Shown here: positions 11,960-22,035 of the stretch, piece after piece
Layout of the letters: every line of letters begins with the position of its first letter
Numbering within the stretch: the first letter of the stretch is position 1
Sequence record: DRR723986_1727
DNA: 39,759 bases
Reading direction: 5' to 3' (one strand)
Translations under genes and position numbers: made by a program
The notes under the pieces: model-generated
What the model was told of the DNA's origin: nothing
What the model saw: only the letters and a program-made list of their open reading frames with translations
Databases searched by the model: none

Positions 11960-12772
11960 ATGGCAGACATTCTTCAAAAGATCGAAGCCTACAAGCGCGA
12001 GGAAATCATCGCTGCAAAGGCATCCGTTTCGATCGACGAACTCAAGGCACGCATCAAAGACTTGAGTGCTCCACGCGGGTTTCTCAAGGCGATCGAAGCC
12101 AAACACGATAACGGTGAGTACGCTCTCATTGCGGAAATCAAGAAGGCCAGCCCTTCGAAAGGGCTCATTCGGGAAGATTTCAATCCGCCTCTCCTGGCAA
12201 AGGCCTACGAAGTAGGCGGCGCAGCCTGTCTTTCGGTCCTGACCGATACGCCCTCTTTTCAGGGAAAGCCTGAATTTCTGGCTGCTGCACGTGACGCTGT
12301 TGCCCTTCCTGCGCTGCGCAAGGATTTCCTCTACGATCCTTACCAGGTATATGAAGCCAGAGCCTGGGGCGGCGATTGCATCCTGATCATTCTGGCCGCT
12401 GTTGATGACGACACCGCCAAAGCATTGGAAGACACCGCGTTCGAACTCGGAATGGATGTCTTGCTTGAGGTACATGACGCTGATGAGCTGGAGCGTGCGC
12501 TCAAGCTGTCGTCTCGTCTGCTCGGTATCAACAACCGCAATCTCAAGACATTCGAGACCAAGCTGGAAACAAGCGAAGAGCTTGCACCGCGCATTCCGGA
12601 CGACAGAATCATCGTCGGCGAAAGCGGCCTGTTCACCCCAGCCGACCTATCCCGAATGAACAAGGTTGGTATTTCAACGTTCTTGATCGGCGAAAGCCTG
12701 ATGCGTCAGGAAGACGTCGCCTCGGCTACCAGAACGCTCCTGGCCCGTCCGGCCCTCTCCGAAGCGGTATAG
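11960..12772 (+). CDS. trpC: Indole-3-glycerol phosphate synthase
   Basis: [33 protein letters not shown]. Confidence 0.97.
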   Translation: MADILQKIEAYKREEIIAAKASVSIDELKARIKDLSAPRGFLKAIEAKHDNGEYALIAEIKKASPSKGLIREDFNPPLLAKAYEVGGAACLSVLTDTPSFQGKPEFLAAARDAVALPALRKDFLYDPYQVYEARAWGGDCILIILAAVDDDTAKALEDTAFELGMDVLLEVHDADELERALKLSSRLLGINNRNLKTFETKLETSEELAPRIPDDRIIVGESGLFTPADLSRMNKVGISTFLIGESLMRQEDVASATRTLLARPALSEAV

Positions 12773-12778
12773 GCGGAC

Positions 12779-13291
12779 ATGGCCAACAAGGACGCCATAC
12801 TGACCCATCTGGATGCGGCAGGGTCTGCCAACATGGTGGACGTATCCGAGAAGTCCGTAACGCATCGGATTGCCGTGGCGCGCGGGACCGTCACCATGCG
12901 GACTGAAACCCTGGATCTCATCCGGTCCGGTAACGCCAAGAAAGGCGATGTTATCGGCACGGCACGCATAGCCGGCATCCTGGCCGCCAAGAAGACCCAC
13001 GAACTGATACCGCTCTGCCATCCACTGATGTTGTCCAAGGTGTCCATCGACATCGATACCGATGATGATCTTCCCGGCCTCATAGTAACAGCGACAACCA
13101 AGGTCAGCGGCCAGACAGGTGTCGAGATGGAAGCCTTGACCGCATGCTCGCTGGCCTGCCTGACGATCTACGACATGGCTAAGGCCGTAGACCGGGGCAT
13201 GGTCATCGGAGATATCCGTCTGGTCGAAAAATCCGGTGGCAAATCCGGCCATTGGACACTCGACAAGGACGGCAGCCTGGGTGGCACCTGA
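12779..13291 (+). CDS. moaC: Cyclic pyranopterin monophosphate synthase MoaC
   Basis: [38 protein letters not shown]. Confidence 0.97.
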   Translation: MANKDAILTHLDAAGSANMVDVSEKSVTHRIAVARGTVTMRTETLDLIRSGNAKKGDVIGTARIAGILAAKKTHELIPLCHPLMLSKVSIDIDTDDDLPGLIVTATTKVSGQTGVEMEALTACSLACLTIYDMAKAVDRGMVIGDIRLVEKSGGKSGHWTLDKDGSLGGT

Positions 13292-14496
13292 TGAGCCTGA
13301 TGCCTGTCGACGAAGCGCTGACGAAGCTCCTTTCCGGCGTAAAACCTCTTGAAACGGAATATGTTCCGCTCGAGAGCGCCAACGGCAGATATCTGTCCGC
13401 CCCCCTTGTTTCCACCCGAACCCAACCGCCTTTCGCAGCGTCTGCGATGGACGGCTACGCCATTCGTCATGAAGATCTTTCCGCTTCCCGAACATCCTTG
13501 ACCGTTGTCGGCGAAGCACCGGCCGGCCATGGTTTTTCCGGAACGGTCGGCAACGGTGAAACGGTGAGGATCTTTACCGGTGCTCCTGTGCCGGCCGGTA
13601 CGGACACGATCTTGATCCAGGAAAACGCAGAGCGTGAAGGCGAGCGCATAACCGTTCTGGAGAACCCGGCCAAGGGCGCATTCGTTCGTCCGGCCGGCCT
13701 GGACTTTTCCGAAGGTGATGTGCTTCTGCAACCGCCGCTCAAACTTGCCTACCGGCATCTCGCCCTTGCCGCTGCAATGAACCACGCGGTCCTGCCGGTG
13801 CACCGCAGACCGAAAGTTGCGATACTCGCAACCGGAGATGAACTCGTTCGCCCAGGAACGGAACCGGGACCGGATCAGATAATCGCCTCGAACCACGCAG
13901 GTATCGCCGCACTCGTGGAAGATTGTGGCGGTCAGCCACTCGATCTTGGAATATCACCCGACGAACCGGTGGCACTTGCGAACCACGTTAGGCGTGCGAT
14001 TACCGAGAAGGCCGACATTCTGGTCACGCTCGGAGGTGCCTCGGTCGGCGACCACGATCTTGTTCAAAGTGTCCTTGGACAGGAAGGCATGGACCTGGCG
14101 TTCTGGCGAATTGCAATGCGTCCGGGCAAGCCGTTGATGGCAGGCCGTCTTGGCGGCACCAAGGTTCTTGGTCTGCCCGGAAACCCCGTCTCAAGCCTTA
14201 TATGTGGTTTGCTGTTTCTGAAGCCACTCATGCAGGCAATGCTCGGTCAGACGCCGGAACAGTCCGGACCTCAACGAGCCATACTCGCTTCTCCCTTGCC
14301 CGAGAACGACCGCAGGCAGGACTACGTCAGGGCAACGCTTTCCAGATCGGAAAACGGAGATCTGGTTGTCACGCCGTTTTCCCGGCAAGACAGTTCCATG
14401 TTGAACCTGCTCGCCAAATCCGGCGCACTTGTGGTCCGTCCACCTCATGCACCTGCACTGGAAGCCGGAGCAGAAGTGCCCATACTGGTACTCTGA
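13291..14496 (+). CDS. moeA: Molybdopterin molybdotransferase MoeA (gephyrin-like)
   Basis: SAMDGYA, RIFTGAPVP, TGDEL, GGASVGDHD, MRPGKP, LPGNPVS; TGATG overlap with the moaC stop. Confidence 0.96.
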   Translation: MSLMPVDEALTKLLSGVKPLETEYVPLESANGRYLSAPLVSTRTQPPFAASAMDGYAIRHEDLSASRTSLTVVGEAPAGHGFSGTVGNGETVRIFTGAPVPAGTDTILIQENAEREGERITVLENPAKGAFVRPAGLDFSEGDVLLQPPLKLAYRHLALAAAMNHAVLPVHRRPKVAILATGDELVRPGTEPGPDQIIASNHAGIAALVEDCGGQPLDLGISPDEPVALANHVRRAITEKADILVTLGGASVGDHDLVQSVLGQEGMDLAFWRIAMRPGKPLMAGRLGGTKVLGLPGNPVSSLICGLLFLKPLMQAMLGQTPEQSGPQRAILASPLPENDRRQDYVRATLSRSENGDLVVTPFSRQDSSMLNLLAKSGALVVRPPHAPALEAGAEVPILVL

Positions 14497-14570
14497 CAAA
14501 ACCTGACAGCTAGCAGTGCGACTGTCTGCGCTCGTGCCCCAATCGAGAAGCTGACTACTCCTCCCTCAGG

Positions 14571-14612
14571 AAAACAAAACCCGGCCGAGTCTCGGCCGGG
14601 TTCTTATTCTTA
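14571..14612. terminator. Probable bidirectional terminator between convergent moeA and coxM
   Basis: Perfect inverted repeat AACCCGGCCGAG-T-CTCGGCCGGGTT (14578-14602), A-rich on the left and T-rich on the right. Confidence 0.75.
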
Positions 14613-14629
14613 AATCAGCACGAGGTCGG

Positions 14630-15427
14630 TTACGCCTTCTGGACGGCGCGCTTTGCCATAACGGTAACCAGGTTCGCACGATAAGCAGCAGACCCGTGAA
14701 TGTCAGACAGAAGATCGTCTGCGTCGGGTGCTATGCCGGCGACGGCGTCGGCTGAGAAATTACTTGCAAGCGCCGTTTCCATGGCGGACATGCGGAAGAC
14801 ACCGCCCTGCCCTGCTCCGGTCACCGCAACCTTGACGGAGCCATCGTTGCCTTTGGCAACGAAGACACCGGCCATGGCATAACGCGATGCCGGGTTCGGG
14901 TATTTGGCATAGGCACTTGCCGCAGCACCCGGAAACTTGACCGCGACGACGATTTCATCTTCATCAAGCGCGGTTTCAAACATGCCGGTGAAGAACTCTT
15001 CCGCTGCCAGTTCCCGCTTGCTGGTGACAACGGTAGCACCGAGCGCAACCAGCGCAGCAGGGTAGTCGGCTGCAGGATCATTGTTGGCAATCGAGCCGCC
15101 AATGGTGCCCATATGACGAACCGCCGGGTCACCAATGCCACCGGCGAGTGACGCCAGTCCAAGAAGCTTCTGCTTCACCAGATCGGAAGTCGAGACTTCG
15201 AAATGGCTCGTTGCTGCGCCGATAGTTACACCATCGCCGTTTGCGCTGATCCCCTTCATGTCCGCAATCTTGGTCACATCCACCAGATCGCTGGGGGCTG
15301 CAAGCCGCTGTTTCATGGTTGGCAGCAAAGTCTGGCCACCACCAAGGAATTTGCCGTCATCGGCATTGGCCATTAGTGAAGCAGCTTCCGCTACTGATCC
15401 GGCCTTGTGATACGTCGTTTCATACAT
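14630..15427 (-). CDS. coxM: Xanthine dehydrogenase family / form II CO dehydrogenase-like FAD subunit (CoxM)
   Basis: GGGQTLLPTMKQRL, IGDPAVRHMGTIGGS, NDPAADYP, DIHGSAAYR. Confidence 0.9.
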   Translation of the reverse strand: MYETTYHKAGSVAEAASLMANADDGKFLGGGQTLLPTMKQRLAAPSDLVDVTKIADMKGISANGDGVTIGAATSHFEVSTSDLVKQKLLGLASLAGGIGDPAVRHMGTIGGSIANNDPAADYPAALVALGATVVTSKRELAAEEFFTGMFETALDEDEIVVAVKFPGAAASAYAKYPNPASRYAMAGVFVAKGNDGSVKVAVTGAGQGGVFRMSAMETALASNFSADAVAGIAPDADDLLSDIHGSAAYRANLVTVMAKRAVQKA

Positions 15428-15461
15428 GCTGGGTCTCCCCGGATTTCGAACTGTGCAATGG

Positions 15462-15481
15462 CGGGCGGGTTGCCCCGCCCG
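15462..15481 (-). other. Intergenic stem-loop between coxL and coxM
   Basis: 8-bp stem CGGGCGGG/CCCGCCCG with a GCAA (GNRA) loop on the minus strand; no downstream U tract. Confidence 0.5.
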
Positions 15482-15498
15482 AAAATCCCGTTGTGGCG

Positions 15499-17859
15499 TT
15501 ATTCGGCCGCCTGCTTCACACCTGCATGGTAAAGCGCCCAGACCTTTTCAGGAGAGGCTGGCATCGACAGGCTGTTGTCCCCGATCGCATCCGTGATCGC
15601 ATTGATAACTGCCGGCGGAGATCCGATAGCCCCGGCCTCGCCGCAACCTTTCATGCCAAGCGGGTTGCCTGGGCAGGCCGTGACATGCGTCGACAGATTG
15701 TAGGACGGCACATCATCGGCACGCGGCATGCAGTAATCCATGTAGGACGCCGTCAGCAGCTGGCCGTTTTCGTCGTAGGACGCATTTTCCAGAAGTGCCT
15801 GGCCAATGCCCTGCGTAATACCGCCATGCACCTGACCTTCCACGATCATCGGATTGATGATGTTGCCGAAGTCGTCAGCCGCGACGAAGTTGACCACTTC
15901 CGTCTTGCCCGTATCCGGATCCACTTCGACTTCGCAGACATAGGTACCTGCCGGGAAGGTGAAGTTGGTCGGATCGTAGAAGGCACCTTCCTTCAGACCC
16001 GGCTCCATGCCTTCAGGCAGGTTGTGCGCCGTGTAGGCAGCGAGAGCCACCTCGGTGAAGGTCAGCTTCTTGTCGGTACCGGCTACTTTCAATTCGCCGC
16101 CTTCGATCTGGATGTCTCCTTCGGAGGCTTCCATCAGGTGAGCAGCAATCTTCTTCGCCTTGGCTTCGACCTTGTCGAGCGCCTTGACGATTGCCGACAT
16201 GCCGACCGCACCGGAGCGCGAGCCGTAGGTTCCCATACCGAACTGAACCTTGTCGGTATCGCCATGAACAATGGACACCGCATTGGTATCCAGGCCAAAA
16301 CGTTCGCTGATCAGCTGGGCAAAGGTTGTCTCGTGTCCCTGACCATGGCTGTGCGATCCCGTCAGAACCTCGATCGATCCGACAGGGTTTACCCTCACTT
16401 CGGCAGATTCCCAAAGACCGACACCGGCACCAAGTGAACCGACCGCAGCGGACGGTGCAATACCGCACGCCTCGATGTAGCAGGACAGACCAATACCGCG
16501 CAGCTTGCCGCGGGAAGCTGCTTCCGCCTTGCGGGCGGCAAAGCCGTCGTAGTCCGCGGCCTTCAGGGCTGCATCCAGCGTCGCATCGTAATCACCTGCG
16601 TCGTAGCACATGATCACCGGTGTCTGATGCGGGAACGTGCGGATGAAGTTCTTGCGACGGAACTCTGCCGGCGACAGGCCCACTTCACGGGCTGCCGTTT
16701 CCATGATCCGCTCCAGAAGATAGGTCGCCTCCGGCCGGCCTGCGCCCCGATAGGCGTCCACCGGTGTGGTATTGGTGTAGACCGTCTTCACGTTGGCGTG
16801 GATAGCCGGAATGTCGTACTGACCCGAAAGAAGCGTAGCGTAGAGATACGTCGGCACGGAAGACGAGAACAACGACATGTAGGCGCCGAGATTGGCAATC
16901 GTCTTGACCCTGAGGCCCAGGATCTTGTTGTCCGCGTCAAGCGCGAGTTCCGCTTCAGAGCGATGGTCGCGGCCATGTGCATCCGTCAGGAAGGCTTCGG
17001 TCCGGTCAGACACCCACTTGACCGGACGACCAACACGCTTGGACGCCCACAGGCAGACCATTTCTTCCGGGTAGATGTAGATCTTGGAACCAAAGCCACC
17101 GCCGACATCAGGCGCAATCACACGCAGCTTGTTTTCAGGAGCAACGTTGTAGAAGGCCGACAACACCAGGCGAGCCACATGTGGATTCTGCGAAGTGGTG
17201 TAAAGCGTATAGTGCTCCTCGGCCGCATCGTAACCTGCAAGAGCTGCGCGCGGCTCCATCGCGTTCGGGACGAGGCGGTTGTTGTGGATCTCCATGCGCG
17301 TGACATGAGCAGCCTTTTCGAAGGCCGCGTTTGTGGCTCCTTCGTCGCCAATTTCCCAATCGTAGATCAGGTTGCCTTCGGCTTCCGGGTGTATCTGCGG
17401 GGCACCTGCTTCGAGTGCCGCAAGCGGATCGATAACGGCTGGCAATTCCTCATAATCAACCACAACCGCGTCAGCGGCATCACGTGCCTGAGCCTGCGTA
17501 TCGGCCACAACCACGGCAACGGCCTGCCCGACATGGCGGACAATTTCCGGTTCCAATGCGCGCCAACCGCCCATCTTCATCGGCGAACCATCCTTGGAAT
17601 GGATCATCCAGCCACAGATCAGGTTGCCGATACCATCACCCACCAGTTGGTCGCCGGTGAGAACCGCATCCACACCCGGCATTGCCAGAGCAGCACTCGC
17701 GTCAATCCCCTTGACCTTTGCATGCGCGTGCGGCGAGCGAACGAAAGCAGCGTACCCCATGCCTGGCATGGTCATATCGTCGGTGTATTTGCCCTTGCCG
17801 GTAATGAAGCGCTTGTCTTCCTTGCGCAAGGCACGGGCGCCAATCCCTTCAACTGCCAT
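15499..17859 (-). CDS. coxL: Molybdopterin-binding large subunit, form II CoxL-type
   Basis: RKEDKRFITGKGKY, DVGGGFGSK, active-site AYRGAGRPE (form II; form I has AYxCSFR), HGQGHET, GTYGSRS, KGCGEAG. Start set at ATG 17859 after an AG-rich RBS. Confidence 0.92.
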   Translation of the reverse strand: MAVEGIGARALRKEDKRFITGKGKYTDDMTMPGMGYAAFVRSPHAHAKVKGIDASAALAMPGVDAVLTGDQLVGDGIGNLICGWMIHSKDGSPMKMGGWRALEPEIVRHVGQAVAVVVADTQAQARDAADAVVVDYEELPAVIDPLAALEAGAPQIHPEAEGNLIYDWEIGDEGATNAAFEKAAHVTRMEIHNNRLVPNAMEPRAALAGYDAAEEHYTLYTTSQNPHVARLVLSAFYNVAPENKLRVIAPDVGGGFGSKIYIYPEEMVCLWASKRVGRPVKWVSDRTEAFLTDAHGRDHRSEAELALDADNKILGLRVKTIANLGAYMSLFSSSVPTYLYATLLSGQYDIPAIHANVKTVYTNTTPVDAYRGAGRPEATYLLERIMETAAREVGLSPAEFRRKNFIRTFPHQTPVIMCYDAGDYDATLDAALKAADYDGFAARKAEAASRGKLRGIGLSCYIEACGIAPSAAVGSLGAGVGLWESAEVRVNPVGSIEVLTGSHSHGQGHETTFAQLISERFGLDTNAVSIVHGDTDKVQFGMGTYGSRSGAVGMSAIVKALDKVEAKAKKIAAHLMEASEGDIQIEGGELKVAGTDKKLTFTEVALAAYTAHNLPEGMEPGLKEGAFYDPTNFTFPAGTYVCEVEVDPDTGKTEVVNFVAADDFGNIINPMIVEGQVHGGITQGIGQALLENASYDENGQLLTASYMDYCMPRADDVPSYNLSTHVTACPGNPLGMKGCGEAGAIGSPPAVINAITDAIGDNSLSMPASPEKVWALYHAGVKQAAE

Positions 17860-18075
17860 TTCTTCTCTCCCGAATATCTGCCGGCTCCGCCAGTACCGGA
17901 CATCCTCCACTCGCCGGACAATCCGGCTGCTGCCTTCAAGGCAACTGTCTCTCAAGACCTGGCGGTCAATACGAAGATACCTGTTCCTCCCGGCATCTCA
18001 TTCGATTGATCGGTCTTGCTGTCCTGCTGCGCGAACGTGTTCGCGCATCAATTTTGGGAGTTCAGGCCAACGCCG

Positions 18076-18567
18076 TTATTCGGCGGCCTGAGCCATACCG
18101 GCCATTTGATCGGAGGCGGCTTTGATCGCCTTGACGATATTGTGGTAGCCGGTGCAGCGGCAGATATTGCCTTCCAGCTCGTGGCGAATGGTTGCCTCGT
18201 CGAGATTTCCAGCACCATGACGCTTGATCATATCCACGGCGGTCATGATCATGCCGGGGGTACAGAAGCCGCACTGAAGCCCGTGATGTTCACGGAAAGC
18301 TGCCTGTACGGGGTGCAGGTTGTCGGCTGTGCCGATCCCCTCAAGTGTTACAACTTCTGCGCCGTCGGCCTGGGCTGCGAGCATGGTGCAAGACTTTACG
18401 GCCTTGCCGTCGACATGCACAACGCAGGCACCGCATTGCGAGGTGTCGCAGCCAACGTGCGTACCAGTCAATCCGCGCACGTCCCGGATAAACGATACGA
18501 GCAGCGTCCGGTCTTCGACATCAGCCGAAACCGTCTTGCCGTTCAATACCATCGATACTTTCGACAT
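18076..18567 (-). CDS. coxS: 2Fe-2S small subunit (CoxS)
   Basis: [10 protein letters not shown]...[18 protein letters not shown]. Confidence 0.93.
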   Translation of the reverse strand: MSKVSMVLNGKTVSADVEDRTLLVSFIRDVRGLTGTHVGCDTSQCGACVVHVDGKAVKSCTMLAAQADGAEVVTLEGIGTADNLHPVQAAFREHHGLQCGFCTPGMIMTAVDMIKRHGAGNLDEATIRHELEGNICRCTGYHNIVKAIKAASDQMAGMAQAAE

Positions 18568-18799
18568 GAATTCCTCTCCCTCATGAAATTCCCTGAACCG
18601 GAGCGATCAAACCGGCCCACCTGCATGAAATGACAGGCAAGACCTCTGATGTCCGATCCAGACCAGCGTACGAATAAACAATCGAATTCGATTGCGTGTC
18701 ACTGACCCAATTTCCCGGCTTGTCACCGTGTTTTGTGCTGGGGCCCTGGCGCGTCCTAAATTGTCAGAGCCCGATCATTTCAAGATTTGTCCTACCCGG

Positions 18800-19510
18800 T
18801 CAACTTGCAAGTGCAAGCACGACAATCACGGCGGCGAGCAACACGAGCCCCCAGACCATAGGGCCGCCAAACACGTTGCGTCCCGCAGCGGCTTCAATAT
18901 TTTGTTCCGCCTGATGGATCTTTTCCTCGACTGCATGCTCCGCATCCTCAATTACGTGCATGACTTCGCCAGGGCTATCTTCGATCGCGATCCGCTTGGC
19001 TTCCTCGGCCACTCCGGGATCCAGATCGTCATCGGTACCAGCTGCGGTCGCAGTTTCGTCCTGTCCTGCCGGTGAACCAACCATCTCGGAGAACTTCGTG
19101 AAAAAGTCTTCCGCCATTTTCTTGGCGGTAGAATCGATCAGCCGGCTGCCGAGTTGGGCAAGTTTGCCCCCGACCTGCGCCTTGGCTTCGTAGGAAAGTA
19201 TGGTTTCGTCACCTTCCTCCGTAAGCTTCACATCCGCGGACCCCTTGGCAAACCCGGCGACGCCGCCCTTGCCTTCTCCCGAGATCGTGTAGCTTTCCGG
19301 AGGATTGATGTTCTCAAGGGTCACTTCCCCTTTGAACTTTGCTTTGACAGGCCCGATTTTCGATGTGACCGCGGCGGTCATTTCGGTGTCCGAGGTCTTC
19401 TCGAGGCTTTCGCAGCCCGGGATGCAGGCCCGCAAGACATCCGGATCGTTCAAGGCTTGCCATACGGTTTCCCGTTTGGCCGGAATCCGGTGGGAGCCGC
19501 TCATGTCCAT
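18800..19510 (-). CDS. coxG: CoxG (SRPBCC domain) with acidic linker and C-terminal TM anchor
   Basis: VWQALNDPDVLRACIPGC, GGKLAQLGSRLID; hydrophobic C-terminus VWGLVLLAAVIVVLALAS. Start set at ATG 19510. Confidence 0.88.
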   Translation of the reverse strand: MDMSGSHRIPAKRETVWQALNDPDVLRACIPGCESLEKTSDTEMTAAVTSKIGPVKAKFKGEVTLENINPPESYTISGEGKGGVAGFAKGSADVKLTEEGDETILSYEAKAQVGGKLAQLGSRLIDSTAKKMAEDFFTKFSEMVGSPAGQDETATAAGTDDDLDPGVAEEAKRIAIEDSPGEVMHVIEDAEHAVEEKIHQAEQNIEAAAGRNVFGGPMVWGLVLLAAVIVVLALAS

Positions 19511-19790
19511 ATGTTTTCTCCCCAAGTTGCGCTTTAGCGCATATTTACAAAGGTCCAGTCGACATTCAACGCGATTGACGCGTCCGCCGCAAACACGTTT
19601 TCCCGCATGAGAGCGTGTTTCGTACAAATTTTCAATCGCTTATGTGAACAGAATTGCAGAACGCAATCCTTGACAGGCTGTCCGGTGTCTTCAATTCAAC
19701 GTATGACCTAGCTGACGCAGTATGCGCCAAAAAGGCACTTCTGTCCTGACAGTTCCGGCCAGAATTTGATAAACGGACGGATAAACTGTT

Positions 19791-22034
19791 TTATCCGAAG
19801 GCAACGCCTGGTTCGACAGCCTTCTGGATGAAACCGGACAGGTCATTGGTCGCCAGAGGCTTGGCGTAGAAATATCCTTGCAGGTAGTCGCAATGCAGCT
19901 CCTGCATGATATTTCTCTGGGCAACAGTCTCGACACCTTCTGCTGTAACGTTCAGATCCAGCGCCTGCGCAACGGCGATGATGGACTTCACGACAGCAAG
20001 CGCATCCGCATCCTGATCCATGTTCATGATAAAGCTTCGGTCGATCTTGATACCGTCAACCGGCAGCTTGCGCAGATAACTGAACGAGGAATACCCGGTG
20101 CCGAAATCGTCAATAACGACGCGCGCCCCCTTGTCACGCAGCCACGTCAGGAAGGCCAGGGTCACCTGATCGTTGCTGAGGAACAGCCCTTCGGTCACCT
20201 CGAAAACCAGGCGATCCAGCGGCAATTCGGCGGCTGTCACAGCATCTTCGATGTCCTTGTAGATCCGGTTTGCCTGAACCTGCCTGGGAGACAGGTTCAC
20301 ATTCAACCGAACGTCATCGGAAATTCCGGTCAAGCTGCTGAACTCGGTAAAGGACGTCTTGAACATCCATGCGCCGATTTCGGTAATAAGACCACTGGCT
20401 TCGGCAGCTTCGATCATCCGAGCGGTATTCAGGAACGTTCCACTCGGGGTACGGAACCGCATCAGGGCCTCGAAGGACGCAAGGCTCTCGTCCCGGGCGT
20501 GCATGATCGGCTGATAATTCAGCGAAAACTTCGTCTGGTTGGAACTACCGGTAAGCAGCGAAGCAAGCCGCAGGCGCTCAAAGGCTGCCTCCTGCATCAG
20601 CGGATGAAAAACCGCGTGGTTGGTCACCCCTTTCTGACGCACATCGTTAAGGGCGATGGAGGCAAAACGCACGAGTTCTTCTGCGCCCTGCGTCTCGGTG
20701 CCGGTGGATGCAAACCCCAGCCGCAGTCGAAGGGTGATCTGGTTGTCTTCGAGCGTTATCGGTTGCTGGAAAGCATCTTCGATCCGCGCAACCACATCCT
20801 GAATCGTATTCTCTTCACCGCCCTTCAGAAGGATAAGAAATTCATCCTTTTCCTTCCTGGCAATGGTGAGCGCATCGGGGAAGGTCTGCGACAGGCGGTG
20901 GCCGGTCCGTTTCAAGACCGCGCCCGCCTTTTCGTCGCCGATCCCGTCGACAATGACTCGGAACCTCTGGATGTCGGAATGAACAACCAGCAGCTTGGCA
21001 CCGTTGGCGGCGTGACGCTGAAAGGTTTCGATGAAACCGGAGAATGTCGACAGCCCGGTGACGCGATCGACATAGGCAAGGTTGCGAATATGCTCCAACA
21101 GGCCGGTTTTCTCGTAGCCAAGCGCGACGTTGGAAACAAACAACTGCACGACTTCCGACCCGACGAGCTCCTCCAGCAACTCCTCGGAAATACCGAGATA
21201 AAGCGCGCCTGTCATGCCGTTACGGGTGACAAGCGGAAGAGCAAGCCCTTTGGGCGACGCGCATGTTGCCTGTGTCTCGACACATCTTGCCACGGCATTG
21301 CGGATCGCATCGTCACTGATGACGTCCACCGGCAGGTCAATCTTGTCCTCGAAATTTCCCGTTGCCGCGAGCACACGGACGTTGGACTTGTCGAAGGACC
21401 CGTAGTCGGGAAGCGTCTCAAGACCACACAACAGGCTGTCGACAGGTTGCCCGACAAGAACCGTGAAATGCTTCAGGACTGCTGCAGCAAATTCACTCAG
21501 GGCGTTCTTTTCGACAATAGCTGCAAAATGCTCGTTTAACTGCTTGAGCTTCTTGCGGTTGGTCTCAAGCGACATGACAAGCTTGTAACCGCGCAGACCT
21601 GTAACGATGGCAGTAATCAGCTTGGTTCGCGACAATTCGGCTTTTTCGGTGTAGCCGTCGATGTCGAATTTCATGATCACGTCGGTCTGCGGTGCATACC
21701 CGGGTTGACCTGTGCGCAGGATCAACCTCGTGAAATGATTGCCGAGTTCGGAACGGATCCAGCTCACAAGCCCGAGACCTGCCGTATCGCTCTCCATCAC
21801 GACATCGACAAGCGCCACCGCAATATCGGGGTGTTTCAACAGGATCTGCCGGGCTTCCTGAGCCGACAGAGCATGCAAAAGTTCAAACGGACGATTTTCG
21901 AAGATGCATCCACCAACGGCGATCTTGGTGACTTCATGTACGTCGGGATCGTCATCGACAATCAGGATTTTCCAGGGCGCCTTCGTGATCTTCTTCACTT
22001 CCGGCTCGGAGGGGGCAAGAAAGTCCATCACCAT
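19791..22034 (-). CDS. Response regulator c-di-GMP phosphodiesterase: REC + DUF3369-like + degenerate GGDEF + EAL
   Basis: REC: ILIVDDD, VALVDVVME, LRTGQPG, YTEK. GGDEF position reads ARKEKDEF. EAL domain: FEALMR, NVNLS, FEVTE, DDFGTGYSS, IKID, AEGVE, LQGY. The DUF3369 assignment of the middle region is from resemblance only. Confidence 0.88.
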   Translation of the reverse strand: MVMDFLAPSEPEVKKITKAPWKILIVDDDPDVHEVTKIAVGGCIFENRPFELLHALSAQEARQILLKHPDIAVALVDVVMESDTAGLGLVSWIRSELGNHFTRLILRTGQPGYAPQTDVIMKFDIDGYTEKAELSRTKLITAIVTGLRGYKLVMSLETNRKKLKQLNEHFAAIVEKNALSEFAAAVLKHFTVLVGQPVDSLLCGLETLPDYGSFDKSNVRVLAATGNFEDKIDLPVDVISDDAIRNAVARCVETQATCASPKGLALPLVTRNGMTGALYLGISEELLEELVGSEVVQLFVSNVALGYEKTGLLEHIRNLAYVDRVTGLSTFSGFIETFQRHAANGAKLLVVHSDIQRFRVIVDGIGDEKAGAVLKRTGHRLSQTFPDALTIARKEKDEFLILLKGGEENTIQDVVARIEDAFQQPITLEDNQITLRLRLGFASTGTETQGAEELVRFASIALNDVRQKGVTNHAVFHPLMQEAAFERLRLASLLTGSSNQTKFSLNYQPIMHARDESLASFEALMRFRTPSGTFLNTARMIEAAEASGLITEIGAWMFKTSFTEFSSLTGISDDVRLNVNLSPRQVQANRIYKDIEDAVTAAELPLDRLVFEVTEGLFLSNDQVTLAFLTWLRDKGARVVIDDFGTGYSSFSYLRKLPVDGIKIDRSFIMNMDQDADALAVVKSIIAVAQALDLNVTAEGVETVAQRNIMQELHCDYLQGYFYAKPLATNDLSGFIQKAVEPGVAFG

Positions 22035-22035
22035 C

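Noticed and set aside
15499..17859. Calling this a true (form I) CO dehydrogenase
   Set aside because: It has AYRGAGR rather than AYxCSFR, and S-L-M gene order.
15319..18633. Long plus-strand ORFs (372, 460, 205 aa) opposite coxL and coxS
   Set aside because: Antisense shadows of well-supported genes with Arg/His-rich non-protein-like composition.
19878..21539. 553-aa plus-strand ORF
   Set aside because: Antisense shadow of the EAL response regulator; no motifs. Long shadows are expected from GC-rich codon bias.
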